Positions 35,690-45,949 of a DNA stretch of 45,949 nt are shown here, one piece after another. A program made the translations under genes and the position numbers. Position 1 is the first letter of the stretch. The number at the start of each line of letters is the position of its first letter. The notes under the pieces were generated by a model. That model was not told the origin of the DNA and ran no database searches. It saw only the letters and a list, made by a program, of their open reading frames with translations. Source of the stretch: Octopus bimaculoides. Taxonomy: Eukaryota. Location of the stretch: positions 20,567,128 through 20,613,076 of the forward strand of contig NC_068981.1 of the NCBI RefSeq assembly GCF_001194135.2. Direction: 5' to 3'.

Positions 35690-38410
35690 TCCACCACTTT
35701 GTGATTATTATCATCATCAAAAACTACATTTATCATCTACTTTATACTCTTATCTGTTATATCAATACCATTCACTTCATCTCTTTCGCTATCATCTGAG
35801 ACCACTTGCCTACCATTACTGACATTCAAGGAATCTTGGATTGTTATCAACAATTATTGATTTCATTTTTTAGATTAGAGGAAGGGTCAGCTTCTATGGC
35901 CTTTCCATGCTCTCTGAGACCAGTGAAATCAACACTGTTAATATTTACTGGAATGACATGTACAGGAATAGAGTTCCAGATATGCTAGACAAAAACGAGA
36001 TTAGTGAACAGGTTAGTGCAAGGCCCAGATGTTAAACACAATGTGGGTAATGAGAGGAGGAGGGACAAGTGAATCAAGAGTCTGTGTGGAGGTAACATGA
36101 GACCAGCCAACTTAGAAGTGAAAAAAACATTGTCATAGTGGTGGAAAATGCAGAATTTGGACTTGGTGTATGAAAGCAACAAATGCAACTAAATGCAACA
36201 AGCATTACTGATTCTACCAATGTATTGTGTGTTTGAGTGGGTGACCTAAATATCAAATTGCTGCAATCCTTAACTCCAATAGCATTAACTGTAACTGTTT
36301 TTTGTTGTATTTTTAAGTGGTTTATTGCTCTTTACTGCACAGATTTACACACTTCACTGAACCAAATGCATGACTTTCCATTTAATAATCTGAAGAAACC
36401 TGTTAGTCAAGTCATATTAAGAATACTTTTGTTCTGTCAAAAGAATGTGGTAAATGAGGCGAAAAATTCAAAATTTTAATGAATGTAGAGTACACAAAAT
36501 AAGAGTTTGTGAGGGTGGATCATATTCTCCAAGTGTTTTAGGTCATGTTCTTTGCCTGATCTGCTTCAATGTTGTAGCAATAAGTGGGCCACTTGAGAGA
36601 TTTGTGACTTATGGTTATGTGTGGAATGGCAAAGAAGATATTAGATATCTGGCTATCTGTTTCTGATCAGTAGAGAGTAAAACACATGCATTGCCAGAAA
36701 TAATTAGCATAGAGCTGATGGAGCTCTGCATAGTCAATTAACTTGAAATATCATAGTGTGTGAGAGTTGGGAGAAGTTGTGTAGTTATAATTAGGCAGTT
36801 GTTGGACAATCTGAAAGGTACAGAGATGGTGATGGTTTGGTAGACATCATTTTTGGCAGTAAAAAAAGAGATCAAGAATGTTTGAAATGTCTGTGTGTTG
36901 GTCAGATGTATGTATATGGGTGGAAACTAAGAGTTGTGAAAACTGGACTAAGTATGTGAGCCAAAAAAAAACTGTGAACCTTAATGTCACCTGGTGCTAT
37001 GATTTTAGACAGGGCCCAATAGTCATCAGTTCAGGAAAAGATAAGATCAAAGATCTCCTTGGGAAGTGTTCAGAGAGAAACTGAGGAAGCAGATATATTG
37101 GGTTGGTGCATAATTATTGTAGCTTTTGTCAAGAAATTTTATTCAACAAAAACAATAATAGCATGTAACAAAAACATCTTTAAATGATTATTCCGGAGCA
37201 TATTCACCATCTACTTCAATTACTGCTTCCCATTTGCTTGGCATGCGGTCAGACTGTCATTTAAAGATGTTTTTGTTAAATATTGTTATTGTTTTTGTTG
37301 AATAAAATTTGCTGAAAAAAAGCTGCAATAATTATGCACCAACCCAATATTTGCAAGAGAGTGGGAGGAGATATTTTGGTAAGAAAGATGAATAGGGTGG
37401 GAGAGTGGAATAAATATATACACCGGTGTCATGCAAATTGGCACCCATGCTAGTGACATGTAAATGTACCCCAGTGTCATGCAAATGGCACCTGTGCTGG
37501 TGGCACATATAAGCATTCATTACACTCTCAGAGTGATTGGCATTAGGAAGGGCATTCAGCCATAGAAAACCATGCCAAATCAGACTGGAGTCTGTGCAGC
37601 CTTCCAGCTTACCAGCCCTGTCAAACCAGCCAACCCATGCCAGCATGGACAACAGATGATGATGACAGATGATTGATGATTGATGGTGATGATTATGATG
37701 GTAACAGATACCAGCTTTCACCTGTAAGATTTCAGTATAGTGTGTAACCTGGACAGCAGGAATGGAATGTTAATAAGGGCTGAAAGAGTTGTATCCTGGA
37801 GACAAATGAGTTATCCACTTTGTATTAGTAGCTATAATAACAGCTAGCAGTTAGGTTGGGTGACAGTCAACAGACCTTCTAGAAGTAGAAGCTAAATCAT
37901 ATTCTATCATCTTAAAAAGAAGGACACTTTCAGTAACAAGAACCTTGCTTTTTTATTTATGAAAAAAAAGGGTGATTATATCATTCATACCTTTGATCAT
38001 CTGTCTGATCAATCAGCACCAACACATATACATACTGTATCTATCTGAACAGTCATGTATACACTATATTGCATCAATCCATCCAGTCATCTACACACTG
38101 CCTGTCAATCAAACATACCACAATCCAGTAAAAAAGACTCTATACAGTCACTTGATCTGTTAAAACTAGCAGTCAAATCTCCTTACTGAAGGGAAATATT
38201 GGACTACGTAACTTTAGACCTACAAAAGACAAGATAATCATGGTTGTAGTGTCTTTTTGCTTATAGACCTGCTTGATCAGGATTTACCTGTGGTTAAACA
38301 AAAACTTTGTCAAAATTTGTGTTTATCTTCCTTGTTTTTATCTTCTTTGTTTATCTTCCTTGTTAAAAATCTATTTACCCAGTCAAGATTTTCATGTAGT
38401 GTCTATATAT
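35690..38410 (-). mobile_element. CR1-like (Daphne/Crack-type) LINE ORF2 relic, copy 1, interrupted by a MITE and an RTE-tail insert
   Basis: GDIKVH (GDFNVH), ISNILDLFFT, VQ.RAI and HIWNSIPVHVIP (LWNSLP). Confidence 0.85.
37098..37347. mobile_element. Mariner-type MITE (250 bp) with ~90-bp inverted arms
   Basis: TTGGGTTGGTGCATAATTATTG...CAATAATTATGCACCAACCCAA; TA TSD; empty site in the paralogous copy near 42357. Confidence 0.95.
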
Positions 38411-38458
38411 CTTGACAATATATACACACACAATACTTATGTAACCAACCAACACTTA

Positions 38459-38666
38459 TGAGGGCATGCTGAAAAGTTCCTGGCTTTAACGGTATCACTA
38501 AAAGTTTGGTTGGAGGCCCAATCTTGCAAGTTCGCTTAGAAAAACTGAAGGACCACTGTAATAAGTGTGTGAGGCCTAGAGGAAAATATGTTGAATAGAA
38601 TCATAATTAACAGATCCCCCTCTATTTTCTGTTACCTTAAACCAGGAACTTTTCAGAATTCCCTCA
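38459..38666. mobile_element. Mariner MITE (208 bp)
   Basis: TGAGGGCATGCTGAAAAGTTCCTGG...CCAGGAACTTTTCAGAATTCCCTCA; TA flanks; retains the last transposase codons (GKYVE*). Confidence 0.85.
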
Positions 38667-39364
38667 TACATACTGTGTCTATCTTCCTAGTCAACATCTG
38701 CATTCTGTATCTTTTAATTTACTTCAGAAATGACATTTGTGAGATAGTAGTTGCAGGGAACTATTGAATTAATATCCTCTAATCAATTGGGTGGTCATTT
38801 TTGTGAAGGAAGTGAAGTAGCAACACTATCTTAGATATTTGAGCAATACTCTAATGTATGCTGGTCAGAAGTGAAGTATTTTCTTACCCTAAAGAGTAAT
38901 CCTATTTTTAACAACACAGTTTTGGTAAAGTAAAGTGAGATCACCTTGAAAAATCATCAGAGACTGTAAAGCATTGTTTTGAAAGTTTTAGATGTGTATC
39001 ATCTGTATGCTGCAAAATTGTGGTGTTGCTCTGGCTTGGCTGTGTGGTTAAGAAGTTCATTTCATAATCATGTTGTCTTGGGTTCAGCACTAGACCAACG
39101 AGTTCCTTGTAACTGCATTTGGTAGACAGAAACTGTATGGAAGCCTATCATATGTTCGTGTGTGTGTGTTTGCTTCTGTTTTGTCACCTTACACCACTTG
39201 ACAACTGATGTCAGTTTGTTTAAATCCCCATAGCTTGGTCATTTGGCAAAGAGACTGGTAGAATAAGTAAACAGACAGACAGGTAGTCAGGTAAGCAGAC
39301 AGATAAATGTGTGTGATGAGGATAATAATCAAGAAGAGATGGAAGCTACAGGCAGATAATCGCT

Positions 39365-42300
39365 GCTTTCACCTCTTCATGGTTATTATCATCATCAAGA
39401 ACTACATTCTTCGTTTACCTTATCTGTTATATCAATCCTACCCTTCACTTCATCTCTTGCTATCATCTATGAGACCACTTGCCTACAATTACTGACATTC
39501 AAGGAATCTTGGATTGTTATCAACAATTATTGATTTTCTTTTTTAGATTAGAGGAAGGGTCAGCTTCCGTGGCCTCTCCAGGCCCTCTGAGACCAGTGAA
39601 GTCAACACTGTTAATATTTATTGAAATGACATGTACAGGAATAGAGTTCCAGATATGCTAGACAAAAACAAGATTAGTGAACAGGTTAGTGCAAGGCCCA
39701 GGTATTAAACACAGTGTGAGTAGTAATGAGAGGAGGAGGGACAAGTGAATCAAGAGTGTCTGTGTGGAGGTAACATGAGACCAGCCAACTCAGAAGTAAA
39801 GAAACGTTTTGGTTGAAAAAGCAGGATTTGAACTCAGTGTACAAAGGCTATGACTAAATGCAGCAAGCATTGCTGTACAATGCACTACCGATTCTACCAA
39901 TGTATGTGTGTTTGACTGTTTGGGTGACCTAAATATCAAATTGGCTGCTGTCCTTGTCTCCAGTAGCATTGACTATAACTGTTTTTTGTTGTTTTTTTTT
40001 ACTTCTTTATTGCTCTTTGCTGCACTGATTTACACACTTCACTGAACCAAACGCATGAGTTTCCATTTAACAATCTCAAGAAACCTGTTTGCCAAGTCAT
40101 ACTGGTTGAAAATTTTGGCACAAGGCCAATAAGTTAGTGAGAGGTGGGAAAGTTGATCACACTGAGCCCAGCATTCAACTGGTACTTATTTCATCAACCT
40201 CAAAAGAATGAAAAGCAAAGTCAATCTCAGTGGAATTTGAACTCAGATTGTAAAGACAGAGGAAATACCACTAAGCATTTTGCTTAGTGTGCTAACAATT
40301 CTGCCAACTCTCTGCCCTAAACCAAGTCATTAAGAATACTTTTGTTCTGCCAAAAAAGAATGCGCTAAGCCAGATGCAAAAGTGAAAAGACTGATGAACG
40401 CACAACATACAAAATAAGAGGAATATGAAAAAGACAGTTTTAATTTCATACACCCAGCAGAAATATCATACATAATTTAAGTTTAATAATTGTAGTAAGT
40501 CTTATGTTATATAAAAATTATCACAAAATTATGGAATAAATAACTTCTCTTGAAATTTAAGTTTAGGATTCATTATAATTTCATTGGAAATTCTTCCACT
40601 CCAAATGCATATAAATCAAAACACTACAATAAAGACGTTTCAATGAGGATCATCTCTGTTATTTTATCTCAAAGCTGTGGAAATAGTTCCAGCAATATGT
40701 ACTCTAAAATATATCTAAACACTTCTATAGAACATTTATCAGAGCTTCAATCAACAACTGCCATATAAATATTGACTTTTCTCTTACAATGGCACCAAAC
40801 TCAATAAAGGTAGGAGTAAAACAGTTTAGATGACCTGAAATATCTAGGCTGGAGTTTTGAAAAGAAGTGACAGGAATAGGGGTGGAATACAACAATGGTC
40901 AAAATAGAACACAGATTTGGAAGCATTCATCAATGACTAACCACTGAGTATGTGTAGCATTATAGAATGGTCTGAGATCAATGGCATCATAGAAGAGAAG
41001 AAAATAAGAGGGAAAAAACAAAAAGAATGGAATTTTAATATAATATTTAGAAGGTATCAAAATGTTTGAAATCCCTTGAATTTATTGGTGGATTGATGTA
41101 ATTAGTATATTTCTATGAGAATCAATCAAGATTTTATCAATAAGTCAATCACATTCTGAAACTTTAAAGACAAGATGATGGGAGTAGAGAAAGGTGTTGC
41201 AACTAACTACATACAACTTACAAACTGGACAAAGAAACCTCTAAAAGATAGGAAATTCAATCTCTTGATGAGAGGCATAATACAAATAGTATATATGCTT
41301 GTATGATGACATGCAGATCCATTTAATCATGGACCTAGTAAAAGTGGTTAAATAGTGAAGTTATGACCGTACTATTATTCTTTATTTGATATTGCAGTTT
41401 GTGAACAAACAGTGCCATTGATTTTTTTTTACATTTCCAATAGATTTTTTTGGTTTGAAGTAATCAAGTATGCTTTTATGCATGGCATGTATGTGAAGAT
41501 AGTAATAGAAATAGATAGCTTTGGAGGAGATTTATTGAGTATTTGAAATGTAGATTTGGATGTAAATTAAGTAGAAAGTGTGATGAGGGATATTTCTCTA
41601 TGGGAATGCTAATTATAGACACATCATAGTTGAGGAGATTTCACAAAGTTGGTATTGATCTGTTTGGCCAAAGGGATCAGCTTAGTTTATAAAGCAAGAG
41701 AGATTGTAACATTGCATGAAAGCATTTTGGCTTCAGTCTTGCAGAAGCTTCAGTGCTCACTAAAAGCTGCCAAGTGGTGGATCATATTCTCCAAGTGTTT
41801 TAGGTCATGTTCTTTGCCTGATCTGCTTCAATGTTGCAGCAATAAGTAGGCCACTTGAGAGATTTGTGACTCATGGTTATGTGTGGGATGGCAAAGAAGA
41901 TATTAGATATCTGGCTATCTGTTTCTGACCAGTAGAGAGTAAAACACATACATTGCCAGAAATAATTAGCATAGAGCTGATGGAGCTCTGCAAAGTCAAT
42001 TAACTTGAAATATAGTGTGTGAGAGTTGGGGGAAGTTGTGTAGTTATGATTAGGCAGTTGTGGGACAATCTGAAAGGTACAGAGATGGTGATGGTTTGGT
42101 AGACATCATTTTTGGCTGTAAAGAAAGAAATCAAGAGTGTTTGAAATGTCTGTGTGTTGGTCAGATATGTGTATATGGGATGAGACTAAGAGTTGTAAAA
42201 ACTGGACTAAGTATGTGAGCCAAAACAACTGTGAATCTTAATGTCACCTTGTGCTATGATTTTAGACAGGGCCCAATAGTCTTCAGTTCAGGAAAAGATA

Positions 42301-42785
42301 AGATCAAAGATTTTTTCAGAGCTGGAAGTGTTCAGAATGAAATGGAGAAAGCAGATATATTTACAAGAGAGTGGGAGGAGGTATTTTGGTAAGAAAGATG
42401 AACAAGGTGGGAACAGTCATGTATACACTATTCTGCAACAGTCCATCCAGTCATCTATACACTGTCAATCAGGTCAATCATTCTACCACAATCCAATAAA
42501 AAAGACTGTATGGTCACTTGATCTGTTAAAACTAGCAATCAAATCTCCCTAAAATGATGCTGAAGGGAGATATTGGTTGACATAACTTTAGACCTACGAA
42601 AATACAGGATGATCATGGTTGTAGCGTCTTTGCTTACAGATCTGCTTGATCAGGATTTACCTGTGGTTAAACAAAAACCTTGTCATAATTTGTGTTTATC
42701 TTCCTTGTTTTTATCTTCTTTGTTTATCTTCCTTGTTAAAAATCTATCCACTCAGTCAAGATTTTCATGTGGTGTCTATATATCT
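39365..42785 (-). mobile_element. CR1-like LINE ORF2 relic, copy 2 (longer; keeps RT-region sequence at ~40780-41770)
   Basis: About 85-90% identical to copy 1 over shared blocks. Confidence 0.85.
40101..40321 (-). mobile_element. Family-B SINE with a 9-bp TSD
   Basis: CCAAGTCAT at 40092-40100 and 40322-40330; single site in copy 1 near 36408. Confidence 0.9.
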
Positions 42786-42829
42786 ACCTTCTCACTTGCA
42801 CCAATCTTTTTCAGCCATGTTGGTATTTG

Positions 42830-43365
42830 AGTGCTGATACCTCCAAGTGCGCCAACTACTATTGGTATCACATCTACTCTCCTCATCAACCACAACCTTC
42901 ATATTTCCTACTTCAAATCGTCATAGCTGTTTATTTTTTCTTCTTTCACATTGATCCTGTTGTCACCAGGGCATGCTATGTTGATTATTATGCATGTTCT
43001 TTCTTTTTTATTCACCACAACATTGTCCAGTTTCTGATGTCTGCTTAGGTGATCGCACTGAATCATAGCATCCCACAAGATTTTGCAATTTTCATTCTTG
43101 GTGACTCCTTCTGGGGTTTACTCATACCATGTCTTTGCTCTTTGTAGGTTGTGATTCCCACAGAGCTCCCAATGGATCATTCTTGCCACATTTTCATGGC
43201 GTCTTGTATTCATGTTGTGCCAATTTTGGGAATTCACAAACGATGTGCCATACCATTTCACCCCTCTCGCCACACTTTCTGCATTTGTCGCTGTCTGTAG
43301 TGTTGTCTATTCTGCACCTCACTATGTTGGTCCTTAATGCTTGTTCTTGAGCTGCACATATGAGT
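42830..43365 (-). mobile_element. R4/Dong-like 3' fragment (CCHC and REL endonuclease)
   Basis: AAQEQALRTN...KCRKCGERGEMVWHIVCE; NENCKILWD; IINIACPGD; VIPIVVGALG. Confidence 0.9.
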
Positions 43366-44069
43366 GCCTCTATTATTATTATTATTATTATTATTACTAT
43401 TATCATCATCATTATTATTATTTGGTGAGAGGATAGACAGTGCTCATAAACTTTGTAGACTTCATCTTAAACTTCTGCGGGCAAATACCAACAGGAAAAA
43501 CATAGAACTAAAATTTGAGAAGATAGCAGTTTGAGTGGGGGGCAGGAGAGTATAAAAATGTTTAGTGTGAGGTTTGTGAGGTGAAACACAGCAGAGATGA
43601 TGAGAAAAGAGGCAGGACCAACACCAAGATATTTAGTACTCTTAGATAGCTCTACAATATGCCCCTGTCTCTCTTGCTTTCTTTTTTTCTATATCTACCT
43701 TTCCATACTCACAAAATTATAATTAACTTGCAAAACATAAAATCTACAGTTCTGTTATCATGTGTATCACTGAGTAAATCTGTTTATTTAACAAAATTTG
43801 AAATGTTTCATGCCAAATCATGTAACAGGTCATAATACCACATGGTCCTCTTCTCCACCCCATTCTGTCCTCTGTTGTCATCTGTTTGAAGAGTGACCTC
43901 ACCTGCTTGCTTTACCAGAGACTGAGACATCATTTCAAAAGTTTTAGATGTGTATCATCCAGTTTTTTGTGACGTAAGGTGAGATCACCTTGAAAGGCTG
44001 TCAGAGACTGAGGCATCATTTTGAAAGTTTAAGACATGTATCATTGATAAGTTGAAATATTGTAGTGCA

Positions 44070-44445
44070 TAGCTATGTGGTTAAGAAACTCACTTAGAAA
44101 CCACGTTGCTTTGGGTTCAATCCCATTGTGTGGAACCTTGGACAAGTGCCTTCTACTACAGCCTCAGGCCAACCAGTGTCTTGTGAGTGAATTTAGTACA
44201 TAGGGACTGTGTGAAGCCTATCAAATATGTGAGCATGTATCTTTGTGTCTGTTTTGTTCTCCCATACTGCTAACAACTGGTGCTGGTTTGTTCACATCCT
44301 CATAGCTTAGTGGTTCAGTAAAAAGCCCAATAGACTTAAAAGAAAATAAGTACTGTGGGTGATTTGTTATGCTAAAACCCTGTAATGTGGTGCTCCTGTG
44401 TGGCTGCAATCCAATGACTGAAATAAGTAAAAGATAAAGATAGAA
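44070..44445 (+). mobile_element. Family-A SINE, old
   Basis: Head GCTATGTGGTTAAGAAACTC; tail ACTGAAATAAGTAAAAGATAA. Confidence 0.8.
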
Positions 44446-44849
44446 GATATTGCAAGGCTATATCCTCCAGTGTATGTCTGGCATGAAGAGATTAAATGAC
44501 ATCTGTGGGCAGTAAATTTAGGAGAGAAAGATAGCATCGTAAACACTGAGAGTTGTTAAGAGTTAGAGAAAACAATAACTGGGACGTGCAATAGACATAG
44601 CTGAGCCTTAGGGAATGCCAGAGTTGAGAGAGTGCAGGTCAGAGAAAGCTCCGCTAATACTGCAATAAAGCAGTCTAACAAAAAAGTTTCTAATTGAGAG
44701 TTCAAACACAGATAGGGCTCATAAGTGGGTAACTTAGAGAAGATATTCTCATGTGAAATATAAAAACTTTTCTGAAGTAAAGTGAAACAACTTAGCTCTT
44801 TCCAAAGTTCTTAAACATGAGAGATCATAGGTGTTTGATATGAAGTTTA

Positions 44850-45360
44850 TCATCATCATCATCATCATTATCATTTAATATTCTTTTTCCATGCTGGCTT
44901 GGGTGGGACAGTTTGACAGGAGCTGGCCAGCAGAAGAGCTGCCCAGGTTCCCTGTCTGTTTTGGCATGGTTTCTACAGCTGGATGCTCTTCCTGACACCA
45001 ACCACTTTACAGAGTGTAGTGGATGCTTTCACACAGCCCTGGCCTAGGTGCATTTATGTGGCACTGGTACAAGTGCTTTTTACATGGCACCAGCACCCAC
45101 AATCCCACAGCTGGAGAAAGATGCAAGGAACAAACCTGAATGCAAGGACAACCATGATTTTACTTAGCTTGGTGTGTCTTCGCAAGTGTGGCAAACTGCC
45201 AGGAGTCTCGGTCCCCTGTCACCCGCTCTAGGAGTCTCAATGTCCAAAGATCCTTTCTCACCACTTCGTCCCATATCTTCCTGAGTCTACCTCTTCCATA
45301 GGTTCCCTCCACATTCACACTATGTCTATTAAATAACCAGTTAACATGTCTCTCATCCAA
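44850..45360 (-). mobile_element. RTE LINE 3' end: ORF terminus joined to the recurrent tail repeat
   Basis: VEGTYGRGRLRKIWDEVVRKDL followed by the tail family and (GAT)n; shows that the tail repeats derive from the RTE 3' UTR. Confidence 0.9.
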
Positions 45361-45900
45361 GTGTATTTTTCAATTATTTGTTAGGTTGGATTCATTACTG
45401 ACAACCCATTAGCATCAATTGTTTGAAGCTTTATTAATGTTAAATTGTATGTAATTGTTTCAATTTTTTTTTTTTTCTTTTGCATTTCTTGTGACTATAT
45501 ATATTTTACTTTTCGGTGGCGGGCTGTCCTACTGTGAGCGGGGACAGTTGGCTGTTATAGAAATGGTACACAAAACATAACTAGTGGGTGTATGGTGAAT
45601 ATAGTACAAATTCAGTGATAGAGTGCGAATTTGAAAAGAAAACGATGTGGGAGGAGTAAGAAGAAAAAGAAAGAAATATACAAAATTACATTTGACATAC
45701 ATTTGTCGCTAAAGACACAATAGAAATGATCTAGAGATATGTTCACTTATATGCACAGGCCAATAGGGTGTGACTGCTTTGATACATCTTTGGGTATTGT
45801 GTGTGTGTCTGTGTGTGTGTGTAGATATATGTATACATATGTCTATACACTATATGTGTATGTACCCACATACGCATATCTATGTATGTATGTGTGTGAA

Positions 45901-45903
<3 letters not shown>

Positions 45904-45949
<46 letters not shown>
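45904..45949. repeat. (CT)n-(AT)n compound microsatellite
   Basis: Direct reading. Confidence 0.95.

Noticed and set aside
35874-36011. Perfect-looking 138-nt plus-strand exon (IRGRVSF...ISEQ|GTTAGT), duplicated at ~39547-39684
   Set aside because: It is the antisense of the CR1 ORF2 C-terminus (HIWNSIP); the second copy has a stop and most differences are non-synonymous
1145-45360. Supplied ORFs of 60-159 aa as host genes; CRISPR or prokaryotic systems
   Set aside because: The ORFs are TE relics, microsatellite translations or random; there is no repeat-spacer array, operon structure or prokaryotic coding density

Overview
AT-rich eukaryotic DNA. Its SINE, RTE-tail and MITE families look like coleoid cephalopod (Octopus-type) repeats; that is from memory, not a database hit. 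About 43 kb is decayed mobile DNA: CR1-like, RTE and R4/Dong-like LINEs, Tc1/mariner and hAT relics, MITEs, tRNA-derived SINEs and microsatellites, plus two 10-N assembly gaps. The ORFs in the supplied track are TE relics or low-complexity noise, and no host protein could be identified. The first ~2.6 kb is CpG-rich and promoter-like: CCAAT plus a canonical E2F site immediately before a candidate first coding exon (MEIPLEN|GTAAGT, 2172-2192). That exon sits between a candidate solo LTR carrying NRF1/ETS motifs and a complete, internally deleted Gypsy element with a perfect 5-bp TSD, whose two LTRs differ strongly in CpG decay. Other notable structures are a Merlin-type MITE carrying a 64-bp telomeric palindrome, a partial duplication of exon 1 and intron 1, and a ~4-5 kb tandem duplication with reciprocal empty insertion sites. 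I found no CRISPR array, rRNA, true tRNA or convincing novel multi-gene system. Coordinates of decayed elements are approximate and identities are estimates by eye.
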